From assembly GCF_009914755.1 (NCBI RefSeq), contig NC_060927.1: a DNA stretch of 64,000 bases; one strand, written 5' to 3'. Of the stretch, positions 42,196 to 54,795 are shown one piece after another. The notes under the pieces were generated by a model. It had not been told where the DNA came from and made no database searches. It saw only the letters and a list, made by a program, of their open reading frames with translations. Source of the DNA: the human T2T-CHM13v2.0 reference genome, Homo sapiens. Each line of letters starts with the position of its first letter. Within the stretch, counting starts at the first letter, position 1. The position numbers and the translations under genes are program-made.

Positions 42196-43230
42196 TTGCC
42201 TTACCTCGCATTCCAGCCTAACATGGGGAATGGAGCCCCAAACCTTTCGTTGCATTCAAGTTTAGATAAGCTGTGAAGCCTAAATGAGATAATATAATAG
42301 CTGCAACTGTTGTTTCTTAGATGCTTTCTAGGGGACAAGTATTTTGTCTATAATTTCATTTAATTTTAATGTGTCTCAGATAACGTTTGTGGGTTTTTCT
42401 ACACATTGAGATTTAGATGACATTGCTTCCATGACTCTTCCCTGCAAGTGCTGTTCATTTCTCTGAGTTTAATGTTCATGGTTTCTTCTGCCCATGGCTC
42501 CTGAAATTGTACATCATGCCTCTGTTTGCACAAATCAATTAGTTTTTAAAATAAGTTTCCATGGGAAATCCATTCCATTCATACTAAGTCCTTCAGGAAA
42601 TTCACAAGAAGGGATCAAGTTATCTTTTTATGTCCCTCTGAGCTCTTTATTCTGCTTTTAACCTCTTCCGCAGAACCAAATTCCTCCCCTTCTAACTCAT
42701 AACAAGCCAATGAATCTCTTAGTTGTTTTAGCTTCTTCCTCACCCGAGTTACTTATTCTCAAACAATGGGGAAGAGAGAAATTTGAAAGTGCAGTCTTGG
42801 TGAGCTCTTTGTCAATGAAATGTTTATAATTTAGGAAATTTGAGCATATGCAAAAAGGCTCTTATACTAATCAGAATTTCATAGGGTTGTTCTCCAGCAG
42901 TTACATGTGGAGTGGGTTAATTATGAACTAGTGCCTAAAAAAGTTTAGCACACCAAGAAGATATCAGAAATATCTCAAATGAATATTAATGTTTGAAAAT
43001 GTCTATGTAATTGAAATCAATTTAAATGTAGAAATAATTTGAAGAATGCTAATGCAATGGCAGAGTCCCACAGATAAATATGTCAAAACACATTAGGATT
43101 TCTCTGAGGCTATGGCAGAAACCTGCATTGCGATCAGACTGTGGGATACACAGATTTGATTCTGTTTTTTTCTGATTTAAGTCTACTTTTTTGGGTTTTC
43201 TTATTTGCATCATTAGTCACAAGATTTTCG

Positions 43231-43956
43231 TATAGGGGCAAAGAAATTTTACTTCTCCCCTCTGAAGGTTTGAGTCTGTTGAAAAGAACTGACAATAGAC
43301 AAATTAATAGGAGAAAAGGCATCCACATGTATTAACACTCATAAACATGAGAGTCATACAAAATATGAGACACAAAGAAGGGCCAGATGGTTGAGGCTTA
43401 GATACCCCTCTTCATAGGGGAGAGGGAAATGGGGGATGCAGGGAATTGTGAGGAATAGTAAACGATTTTCAGGGGAAATGAATAGGCTCAAAGAGCAGAC
43501 AGTCGTTTGTAAATGATTCTTTTAGGAAACTGAATGGGACTAGCCAGTTACAGGAAGGTGAGAGGCTGAACTGTGTCATCAACAAAGGTTATCTTATACA
43601 AATAAAGTCTTTTAGGTTATATCTCAGGGCTGCCCTCAGAAGAAGAGATAAAATGTCTACCTGGGTGTGGTAGAGATTTTTAATCTCTTCTTTTCTGATT
43701 AATTCTTCCTGTTTATTTAGCGACAGTTCTATGCAGGGGATTAAGATAATTGCATTTCTTTTGAAAAGAAGTTTCCTTATTCAGATAAATAAATTCCAGA
43801 GAATACCCCTTCCTGCGCTTGAAGGGGAGAAAGAAGAGAAGGTTAACAAGTCCTTGGTTCTGAGGCAGCTTCTGAGGTCTTCCCATTTCTTTTAATTCAA
43901 AGTGCTCAACATAGCACAGCAGGATACTTTGGGGTATTGTTTTCTGAGATCCAACA
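43231..43956 (-). mobile_element. ERV1 solo LTR (MER4 group, LTR48/LTR51-like)
   Basis: Reverse strand begins 'tgttggatctcagaaaacaataccccaaa'; 4-bp TSD TTCG/TTTG (one CpG transition). Confidence 0.75.
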
Positions 43957-44134
43957 TTTGGCTTTGTTGATTTTTCTGGGATGCGATACTTTTATTTTTA
44001 TTTTAGCTTTGTTTAAGTTGAGTGGCGTACCTCAACTTTGGTTTTGGTATGGGAGTTTTTGTTTGGTTTTGGTTTGGGAGTCATAGATAAACTTCAATTT
44101 TAAAGAGATTAATAATTAAAAAATAAGTTGGCCT

Positions 44135-44535
44135 AAAAAATACTTCATGATTTCAGTTATATGAGGTCTCTAAACTAATCAAGTTCATAGAAGCAGAGAG
44201 CAGAAAGGGTGGTTGAAAGGGGCTGGGGAGAAGAGAAAAGGGAAGCTGTGGTTGAATGAGTGTAAGTCTCATTTATGCAAGATGAATAAGTTCTACAGAT
44301 AAATGAACTGTATTGTGCACTTAAAAAACTTGTTAAGAGGGTAGATATCACGTTAAATGTTCTTGCCATGAGATAAAAACAAAAGCAAAGAAGCATGAGG
44401 AAACTTTTGGAGGTGATACATATGCTTATTACCTTCATTGTGGCGACAGTTTCATGGGTCTATACTCATAGAATTGTATACATTACATATATGCCGCTTT
44501 TTACATATCAGTTATACCTCAATAAAGCTGTTAAA
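44135..44535 (+). mobile_element. L1MB-type 3' end
   Basis: 'catagaagcagagagcagaa...gcaagatgaataagttcta...gaggaaacttttggaggtgat...tatacctcaataaagctg'. Confidence 0.8.
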
Positions 44536-44734
44536 GATATGTATGGCTAAAAAAATAAGTTGTTACGTTTTCTTACAGAACTGCTACAAAAGTAATGTGG
44601 AAAGGGCAGAGAAAGCATGACTATTCCCGTTTTAGAGTCGAAGAACCAAGGCTCAGAAGCATTAAGTACATTGATCCAGGCCTCCGTATGCTCCTTTACA
44701 GTGGTATTGTGTTTAGCCATTTTCAAAATGATTT

Positions 44735-45399
44735 AGTTACAGTAGTCAGATAGCTAGACAGAAACAAAAAGGGAGAGCCCCTTAGAAAAGGGAGATCTGG
44801 AAAAACCAAAATGCCAAAGACCACCCGAACTTACATACTAGATATGAGCAGAGAGAAAGGGAAATATCTAAGCAGAAAGGAATACCTGTAAAGATGCCCT
44901 GAAGTCATGCACTCTGCACTTAACCTGTTAGAATGTAATGAGCTGCCTGCTGATAAGGAGAAGAGAGTAAAGGGAAAATTCCTAAGAGATGCCAGGGGCA
45001 ATTCCTATCCAACACTGGGCCCACACATGTGCACCAACTAATAGTAAGAGAGGGTCCCACAGGCCTTGGGAGGGAACCAGGAAGGGCAAAAGGATAGGAC
45101 TTAAGGCAAGATTGGGAAAGCTAAACAAAGGAAAAAAGTGGAGACTTAAGACAAAGGCAAGAACTTCAAGAAAAATCTGACATCATAAAAACCCAATGCA
45201 GAATTCTCAGGCTGCTGCTGGCTCACTCCCTTTCAGCCTGCTCTTCCTCATCTTTCAGAGTGTACTCTTTCTCTCTATAAACAATCTACTACCTATTTTC
45301 TTTCAATAAATTCTCTTTTTTAATTTAGCTTCATCAGTCACTTGGCAGGATTCTGCAAGTAAGACTAAGAACTGAAGATTCTCGCACTTCTTGGTAACA
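44735..45399 (+). mobile_element. ERV1 solo LTR (MER50-like)
   Basis: 'gttacagtagtcagatagctagaca' to 'ggtaaca'; TSD ATTT at 44731-44734 and 45400-45403; AATAAA. Confidence 0.75.
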
Positions 45400-47093
45400 A
45401 TTTTAGATACATTATCTCATTTGAGACAAACTTCTACATTCTTTCTATGCAATGAATTATCAGATTTTATCTCTTTTTCCTCATGTGCTTTTCTACCTGT
45501 CAAAGTTTTTTCATTCCTCAAGACTCAGAGTATATCCTACTTTTTCTAACTTCCCACCAAAGGGGATCCACCCCACGTTGAGCCTCCAGTAGCCCTTAAT
45601 TGTATCAGTCAGATGATCCTTGCTACATGTTTCCTTCACTGCACTGTGTTCTGTATCTGATTTATTGATACTTCTTGGTGAAAAATCTGAGAGATTAGTA
45701 ATCTTTATATACTTACAAAGGCTACCACAATGTTTTGCCTATAGTAGTTATTCAAGAAATGCCTACTGAAATAAATGAGAAAGATATTTCCCTTTTCTTT
45801 CCATCATCTGTCACCATTAAGCCTGTCCTTTCTGCTCACACTTTAGCTACTTCTCAATGTTACTCCTCTGCCTCAGCCAAATTGGTGACACAATGAACAC
45901 TCTGAAGTTTAAAAACAAGCAAATAAAAACAAAAATGACCCCCATAGCTTTGTTTAGATGAATTTCTTGTCTTGAGATTCTCTTAGAAGTTTTCCACAGC
46001 TCTTCTGTTCTAATTTATCTTTCTCTTCTTCAATTTCTTATGTTTAGAGCTTGCATATCTATTTCTGTTTTCTGATTTTTCATGGGCAGTTGGAGGGCAA
46101 GTCAAAAATGATATCTAACTTCCGGGCTGATTATGCAAACTGAATAATATGATTGTAGAATGCTGCATTATTATTTGTTGTTTTTAAAACTGTCTCCCAG
46201 AGTATCTAGCATAGAACTACACAAATGCTAGAAACAAGCAAACTAACAACAACAAAAAAAAAACTACAAATCTCTGCCACCCCCAAAACTTGTTGAATAG
46301 ATTCACATCACTCCTTTCCCGGTGAGTCCGACTTTCAAGATTACATTATTCTCCACAGATATCTTCTTTTATATGTTCCTCCATCTTATCACATTACAAA
46401 GCAGTTTTCATTCATTGTTCGGAATATTTAACACAGCAGTTTACTGACTTTGGTTTTATTTCCTGATCAAATTGAAACCCTTTGGACTATAAATTGGGTT
46501 GTAAATCTGATATTATTAAGTTTCCTATTCCAAAAATTACATTATTCTCATGTCTTATATATATTAGATATTTCAACAATTCTAGCTGTCTTCTGAGAGA
46601 TTGCTACTGTATATAATCTGAGAAATTTACTTTGTAATTCTTAATAAAAATCAGGAAAATGAATGGACTTTTCCATGTTCTAATATGGTCTTAGTATGAT
46701 AGAGTTTAATATCAACTTTCCTTATGGAAATGAAACACTGAATTACTTTTCGACATAGAGTGTTTCTATGGTCAGGGGGAGGGCACTGGTTTTGTGTAAT
46801 ACTCTCTGCTTGAATTTTCTTTCTGAGTTTATGTATTCAGTGCCTTCTACTCTGTCTGACACATAGTAAGTTCCCATTAAATCCTTGTGGAATAAGTAAA
46901 AGGCTATGTAGATGAAAGCTTTCATGTGTGCACTCATTTTCTGTTTATTCTGCTTGGTTCTCTGATTCATGAGTTTGACATGAACATGTAGGGAAAAGAA
47001 TATACAAACATTTTTTAGCAAGATTTGTGGAACATTGATTTTATAAGAAATTATAGGAGTTACTAAAACAAACAAACAGGGTGAAAAGGTTCA

Positions 47094-47567
<474 letters not shown>

Positions 47568-47593
47568 CTATTATCCAAATTTACCTAACCCAA

Positions 47594-48455
47594 GTATTAA
47601 TAGGACTCTTGGCTTTAAGTGACAAAAACACAGCTCGAAATGACTTGACTTAAAAATGAAATTCACCTACTTACATGACTGAAATATCCAGGGGTAGCCT
47701 GGCTTCAGGCATGCATAGTTACATAGAAGTGCTCAAATGGGGCATCAAGACAAAATTTCAGCTGGACAGGAGAAATAAGTTCAATTGATCTATTGTACAA
47801 CATGGTAACTATAGTTAATAATAATGTATTATATACTTCTAAATCACCAAGAGAGTACATTTTAAGTGTTCTCACCACAAAATATGATTAAGCATGTGAA
47901 GTAACACATATTTTAATCAGCTCGATTTAGCCATAACACAATGTATACATATTTTAAAACTGTTATGCATCATAAATATATAACATTTTTATTTGTCAGT
48001 TTAAAAAATAAATGCAAATGGGTCATTAGGGGATCAATGTTGTCATCTTTCCTCTGGAGTGAGTTTATTATCAAATAGAACTTTTCAGTGAGGAGACAAG
48101 GATGGCCACTGCCACTTTAGTCTTATATCAAACAAGTTTATCAACTACAGCTCAAGGACAGCAGTTCTTTCCTGATAGTACAGAAAAATTCCACTTGTAT
48201 ATAAACTCTTCCAAAAAAGAATCTTTTTTTTTGTTTGTTTTGCTTCCAAATATATTTGCAGCTGCTAGAACAGTCCCTATTTGTGGTTGGTGTTCAATAA
48301 ATTGAGTCTCATTTACTTAGCTTGAGCTTGAACCAACTGCTGTTCACAGGAGGATGGAATGCTCCAAATAGCTAGACTAGACCATGTTTCTAGTTATAGA
48401 GTTAAGAAGAAAAGAGGTTTGACCCACCTGAACCACATGAATTGAGAGTGGAAGA
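47594..48455 (-). mobile_element. MLT1K/L-type LTR split by an L1MA 3' fragment
   Basis: 'taggactcttggctttaagtgacaaaaac...ggcttcaggcatg' resumes as 'aaggatggccact...cccacctgaaccacatgaattgagagtgg'. Confidence 0.6.
47750..48014 (+). mobile_element. L1MA 3' end
   Basis: 'aggagaaataagttcaa..gatctattgtacaacatggtaactatagttaataataatgtatt'; decayed TSD CAAATGGGGCATCAAG / CAAATGGGTCATTAGG (13/16). Confidence 0.85.
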
Positions 48456-48548
48456 GAGAAAGGAAAAGAAAGAAATGGAAAGGAAGGAAATAAGAAAGGA
48501 AGGAAGGAAATAGACAGGAAGGAAGAAAAGAAAGAAAAAGAGAGAAAA
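48456..48548 (+). repeat. GA-rich low complexity / (GGAA)n
   Basis: Directly visible. Confidence 0.85.
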
Positions 48549-48700
48549 TCCAATAAAGAAACGTGTGCTAATATGCTAATAGATTTTTCTTTCCTTATTT
48601 TGCCAATGGTTTTCTGGGTATCTATAACATGAACAGATAATACATCTTAGTGCCAGGGTTGGAATTTGATTTGACTCTCTTACAAGCTAATAAGTTATCC

Positions 48701-49105
48701 TGTTAGTATTTCATGGATGTTGGCAGAAGACATGAGACTCCTTTGTCAGAGACAAAAGACTTTAATACTTATGACACAGCAAGCAGCATGACTATCAGTA
48801 TGTTTGCATCAGTTCTCCTTGCTTCAAGTCCCATGTGCTAGGGGACAGATGGATGCCTCACATGCAGTGGGTTCGCATCTCATCGGAGGAACAATAACTT
48901 GGGCAATTCAATACTTTTATAGCAAGTAGTAAGCAAGCCTGCCTTTTGTCTGGAGAGAGGTGTTACCTCATTTCTCAAGGTTGCTCAGTGAAACACAGCC
49001 CTCATAAAAGGCCGAGTGTAAGGAGCAGTCATGGTCTTTCATTCCTGGCCCACCCAGCAGGATGTATACAGGCATAAGAGATACATGAAAGACTGTCTCT
49101 CAACA
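48701..49105 (-). mobile_element. ERVL solo LTR (LTR40-like)
   Basis: TGTT...AACA termini; 'catgagactcct..gtcagagacaaaagacttta'. Confidence 0.7.
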
Positions 49106-51348
49106 CTTAGCTTGAAAATATTATTTTAATTCAATTTCATCCAGGCAAGCAGGTGAAAAGAAAATTTTGGAGTTTGCAGGGCTTTGTAGCATTTCTGAAG
49201 CCACGTCACATGAAAAATTGCCTTCTTATACCAGGTGCATATATTAAAATCTCAGAAAAAGTGTGGGGGCAGTGGGGTTTATGGGGAAAAAGGAGACAAT
49301 ATCTTTACCTTTTATGATTGCAGAACATAATTTCTTCACTATGAAGAATACGATAAATGGGATTATTTGAGCTTTCAGGGAGAATACTTAGCTATGCTTT
49401 CTTTTAGTACATTTTATTTCCAATTACTGAGAAATTGCTCAACATGCCCTGTGAAGAGTCTTTATGAAAATGAAGAGGCCAGAAGGTCTTCAGTGGGCCT
49501 TGTTCTAAATGTGGCCTCTCTGGTCATTTGGCAGCTTATCAAAAGCCACATTAATCCTCATAAATAGTGCTTGATTGTCAAAAGACAGCCCCCTTGTTTT
49601 AGCATTGCAGATTGAGCCACACTTATTATTTTTCTTGACTTCTGGTGCACAGGCGGCATGATTACCAAGTGATCTTATGTAAACAAAAGGCTGTTTTGTG
49701 CCGATAAATGGATTCCCACTGTTGCCCCAGTCCCTAGGAGTCTGCATTAAAAACAAGTTGAGATGCAAAACAGAACACAGCATTTATTTTAACAGCAGGC
49801 ACTTATCATTGGTGACATTACCTGATATGGCTGATAATCTAAAGCATGAAGACTTTTGAGCAAAATTTGGTTCATAGAGACATACAAGGAGATAAACCAT
49901 GGCTACTAATAGAAATTGCAAACAATCCTTTGAATAGAACAATCTTATCTACATTCATCAGCCAACTCTCTCCTCCCACTGAAATGAGACAAGGTAAATT
50001 CACAACTCCCGTTAATGCTAATAGCAGCTTCAGAAGTAAATTCCTTGTTTCTCCACAGGAGAGGACGACTGCCCCCTCTTGTTTCAATATGTCACAAACC
50101 TGTGTCAGTCTGAGTTAATTGGTGGGAATTTGGAATACAAGCAATTTGAAACTAATCCTTTAAAATGGTGGCCAGCACAGTTCTTGGTGACAGCAGCTAC
50201 TGGCTAAAAAGCAATGCCATTTCTCCTTGGAGTGTTAATTCTGATCGATTGACAGTAAGTCTTCACTGTTCCTGGGCCAGGCTGATTTGCTTGTGCCCAT
50301 TTCTTTTTCTGACACTAGCCTGTCAGGACACACCTGGGTGAAGTTGGAAGAAAGGCTGCGGGTCAGGCTATCACATTAGTTTTATTGTTTTATAATAAAA
50401 TTCACCTCGACAACATAAAAAGTAAATGTAGCCACTCCTCTACTTTGTGATGTTGGCCAAGTAGCTTAAGATCTTGCACCCCAATTTCATCATCTATAAC
50501 ATTATCTTTTCTAATAATCCATTCACAGTGTTTTTCCTGAAGGCTATATGAGATATTGTAATTACAACAATAAAGAGCAGAATTAATTAGCATGTACGGG
50601 CTTCTATTCAATTTTATTGAGAGACAATTATTAGAAAGAAGCTGAACCTCCAGGAACTTGATGTCTTCTAGCAAGTTCAGGTTGCCTGAAGAAAATTACT
50701 CTTCATGATAATGGAGAGAGGGATTTGGATCCAGAGGATTGAGGGAGAGGAAAGAGATGTTGAACCCAGTGGTTGGAGAATGGTAAGAGATGGGGCCTTC
50801 TAAGCTGACAGAGACGTAGGAAAAGGGAAATGGCTGAAAGAGGTTATCATCATGTGATGCATAGGTGCAGGCGACAGATGCACTAAAATCTACACTGTTC
50901 ACAAGGCATTTGCATAAGTGAGTGGTCTAGAGAACACAAAGCCTTGATGCTGGGTATTGCAATTAGTTTGGTTCAAGAGGATGCAAGATTCTAATTGTTA
51001 TAGGATGTTTATATTGAAATTTTTGGCTGTGGCGCCCAGAGAGAAAAAACATAGAAAATTCCTAGTGAGATGCCAGAGAAAATGCAGACATTCAAAAGGC
51101 ATGATTGCATGTAGGAAGGCTCTAAGCTCATGAGAAGCAAGTGAAAGGAAGAAGTGGAACAAAGAAAGAGGACAAGGATGTGGAAGATTCCTTCTGTGGA
51201 GAGGATCTTTTAGGACAAAGTTGTGCTGTGAGCCCTCTCCTATCTTATTACTCCTAAGGAGGACTAGAGATGGTAGTGGTTCCCTCAGCTTAAGGCCTGG
51301 TGAGGAGGCGGCACCACAAACCAGCCAGAACCTGACATGCATTCTTTA

Positions 51349-51678
51349 TGTTGTGGTTGTGACTGATTGGGGCTGGTGTCATGGTTGGTAAAGGAATTTC
51401 CTGAAACAGCAGTGAGTTAAAGCAAGTTTATTGGAGAGAAAATACATTGCAAGGGGGCAAATGGGCAGCACAGCAGAGAAGGAGGTGTCCTCCAGGAGGC
51501 AGGGGCTGGAGGGAAGTTTTGTAGGATCATGTTGGAGGGGCTACCTGCAGAGTGAGGTATTTGGGAACAGGGTGTTGTGCAAGCAGATTGTTTGTGGTTA
51601 ACTGTCTCTCAGAACAATTGTTCTCCCCCACCTGGGGCCCCTCCCTCATTGTTGCTAACTTATCATCAGGACTCCACA
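51349..51678 (-). mobile_element. ERV1 solo LTR (MER83-like)
   Basis: Reverse strand begins 'tgtggagtcctgatgataag'; flanked by CTTTA at 51344-51348 and 51679-51683. Confidence 0.75.
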
Positions 51679-51902
51679 CTTTACAGGTGGGATATAGTTT
51701 GCACTGGTGCCTGGGTAGTCAGTGTGGTCTGTAGCAGAGCAGAGAGTGAGCTTGTGCTCACTGACAGCTGGATTTGGGAAGTAAAAACATCCCAATGACA
51801 CTGGGGCAAGAAATGTATGAACATTTTCCAGGGCCAAGGTCTGGAAGGAGAGACTTGGCCTGGAACTGTTTGTTTCAAAGGCTGCCCTAGAGAACCCTGA
51901 GG

Positions 51903-52465
51903 TGATAACAACAGGAGGCAGCCAAATGCCTAGGCAAACAGGAGTGGGTCCCTGGTGAAATCCTACCTTTGAGGCAAAAATAGCCTGAAGGCTGAAAGAC
52001 CAGACTGCTGATTCCTGAAATTCCGTGACCCAGAGTGAGAACTTCTGTTCCTGTTTGACTGCCCTTTCCTGACTGATTCTTTCTGAATACTGCCTTTTAA
52101 CCAATCAAATGTTGCCTTTTCCAATACCTGACCCTTCCCCATTCTGAGCCTATAAAAGCCCTGGACTCAGCCATATTAGGGGGACTTTCCTGCCTTTGGG
52201 TAGGAGGACCATACCTGAGTCCCCTCTCTGCTGAAAGCTGTTTAATCACTCAATAAAACTCCCTGCCTTGCTCACTCTTTGATTGTCAGTGCATCCTCAT
52301 TCTTCTTGGGTGCAGGACAAGAACTTGGGAAGCAGTGCATGAGCCGATTCGGCCTGGATGGGTCACCTTCTGCAATAGGTAGTGTGGCCGTGTGAGGCCC
52401 AGGTGGGGCATCACCAGCTGGAGGTCCCTGGCTTGCAAAGTGACCAAGAAGACAATCCTGCCTCA
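51903..52465 (+). mobile_element. ERV1 solo LTR (MER61/LTR27/LTR28-like)
   Basis: TGATA...CTCA termini; CCAAT, TATAAAA, AATAAA; TSD GAGG/CAGG. Confidence 0.8.
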
Positions 52466-53018
52466 CAGGGAGGGTAAGCACATTCCCATGGTGAGAAATT
52501 GTGAGCGAGTAGACTTCCAGAGAAGCAGAGACTTAGAGAACAGCCACCAGGCAAAGAAGGGACACTGCCCTGATCACTGGGGCTTTGGTCAGGCAGGTTC
52601 AGAGTGTTGGGATGCTGGGGTGGAGGGAGACACCAAAAGGAGCCAAAAAATTACCCAGGACAAAGAGTTGGCTTTCCACATTTGCCAGGCTTAGAGTGCG
52701 CAAAGCCAGCTTAAGTCAGTGACAGGTAACAGCCAATTAAGAACTTTCTAATCTTATTTCCAGCTAGTAGCCTATGCATGAACAGTTTGCAAGTGGGGCA
52801 GAACATGAGTGGAAGGAAAGAGCAGAGCCTGGCAACACCCACTTCTCAGAAGGCAGACAGCCCACCACAGCACCAGACTTTAATGAGAGAACACTGGAGA
52901 GCTCTTATATTGAACTGAGATTAATGGTTTGGCCTGGATACCTTTAATATTTGTATGGAGAATGTGTTTTGTGTATATGTGTATAATCTTAGAATAAGTA
53001 GAAAAGCCGTGAGGCCAG

Positions 53019-53192
53019 CAGTGGTTCTCAAAGCCTGATTTCTGGGGTAGCAGCAGCAGCAATACCTGGAAACACATTAGAAATGCAAATTCTCAGGTGC
53101 CACCCAGACCTCCCATATCAGAAACTCCGGGGGTGGAGCCCTGCAAGCCCTCCAAGTTCTTCTGCTGTGTAGGAAAAGTTTGAGAACCAAAC
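53019..53192 (+). mobile_element. MER5A MITE
   Basis: 'cagtggttctcaaag...ttagaaatgcaaattctcagg...tcagaaactc...agtttgagaacca'. Confidence 0.85.
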
Positions 53193-54658
53193 TCTGAGCT
53201 AGAGAAGAGAAAGCTCCAGTTTTATAGGTGCTTCTGCTGTCCTGCTAGTGATAAGCTATATGAAAAATATAGAGAAATGCAATCTACACTTCATGATATA
53301 ATCACTTGAGGGTTACAGGAAGAATTAAAGCAATAGTTTTTCATGATATATTTTGGCTCTCAAACATGTTTCTCTAACAGAACATCTGCTTGGATTTTCT
53401 GGGTGGCCTGAAAATCAAGCTGGGGTGGTCTGATCACCACTTAGCTTGGCAGGATGTGCAACTGTACTGAAACTGGGAGCTCAAAGTAGAGGAGAAGCCT
53501 CCCATACCTGCTACGACCATTACTTGATGGGTTCCTTAAACTGATGTTGGACATTTAGGCATGAACAGGTTAACCACAAGCAATATCCTAGTGAGGTAAA
53601 GACAGCCTGCTATTTTAATATCTCCATCTTGTACAGGGAACAAAACTTAAGTAAAGGCAATTTTAAGAATAGAATCTAAATACTTTTGTGAATTAGAAAA
53701 AATAAGGACTAGCTGCTGTTAGTATGTTAAAAAATATGAATAAGTGAGGAACAGATTTTCAAGCCTGAACACTGTGCCAACCCCATGTCGTTTGCTAAAT
53801 AAAAATACATGGTTCGTCTCAGAGGTATTACCAGGTGACGTGAATTATAACGTTTGTAGAAATGTGAAAACCAAAACCAAACAATCCTAAACTCTTAAAA
53901 AATGAGGTCTAGTGTAATATTAAAATGACTTAGAAGTAAGTGTCAATTCATAAGTAAAGTCTCTCAGAACAATAACAAATTTATTCAAAAGTACTAGTAT
54001 TTTAAAGAATACTTTGAATATAAACAACATGTGGTAACCATAATATGACAAGTTTTGCATACTGTTCATATGTTCTCTTACAGTATACTCATCTTAGGAA
54101 TTTGGTATCCAACTTCATAGTTATTAATTTGTTTCAATTTTTTTAGAAAATCTGAGTTTTAAGGGGTTTGTTTTATTCTTCAAGTACGATTTTCTTTCAG
54201 AGGTACAATGTTTTAAATTGTCCCATTGGATCAGTGTGTGTGTAGAGAAGGAAAGTTTAACAAAGGGATATCACTAATTTGCACAAAACTTCCCTGTGAA
54301 ATATGAGTTTTAGAAATCATTGTCTTCTTGTTTCCATTTATTGTGTTCCTTCTTTCTAGTGAGGTTGTAAACTCCATTTTGAATTTTCCCTGTTATTTAA
54401 TGTGGTGCAGTAAACACAGTAAAGGCTCAATAAATGTTGATGTAATGGCTGGATAAGATAGAAAAGAAAAACAGTTTTTTTTTCGCCAATGCCATCATCT
54501 GCCTATTGAAGTTTTTCTTGTCAGACCTTCAGCAAATGATTAAATTAATTTGAATCAGATTGAATTAGGCTAGAAATAGCCCAATATCTGAAACAATTTC
54601 ACCAGGAATAATCAGTATAAGAGTCATTAGAAAGCAGCAGTTGTTAATAATGCCCCCA

Positions 54659-54795
54659 TTTTTTTTTTCTTTTACGATAATGACAGGGACTCACGATGTT
54701 GCCCAGGCTGAGCTCAAAATCCTGGCCATATGTGATCCTCCCACCTTGGCCTCCCAAAGTGCTGTGATTATATGTGTGAGCCACCACACTTGGCC
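54659..54795 (-). mobile_element. FLAM / Alu left-monomer SINE
   Basis: Single monomer with T tail: 'gatcctcccaccttggcctcccaaagtgctg...gagccaccacacttggcc'. Confidence 0.85.

Noticed and set aside
51611-51624. Palindrome AGAACAATTGTTCT resembling a GRE/ARE
   Set aside because: The spacer is 2 nt rather than 3, and it appears to be part of the LTR family sequence.
51655-52694. 149-aa and 100-aa ORFs
   Set aside because: They largely overlap solo LTR sequence and show no gag/pol/env or other recognisable motif.
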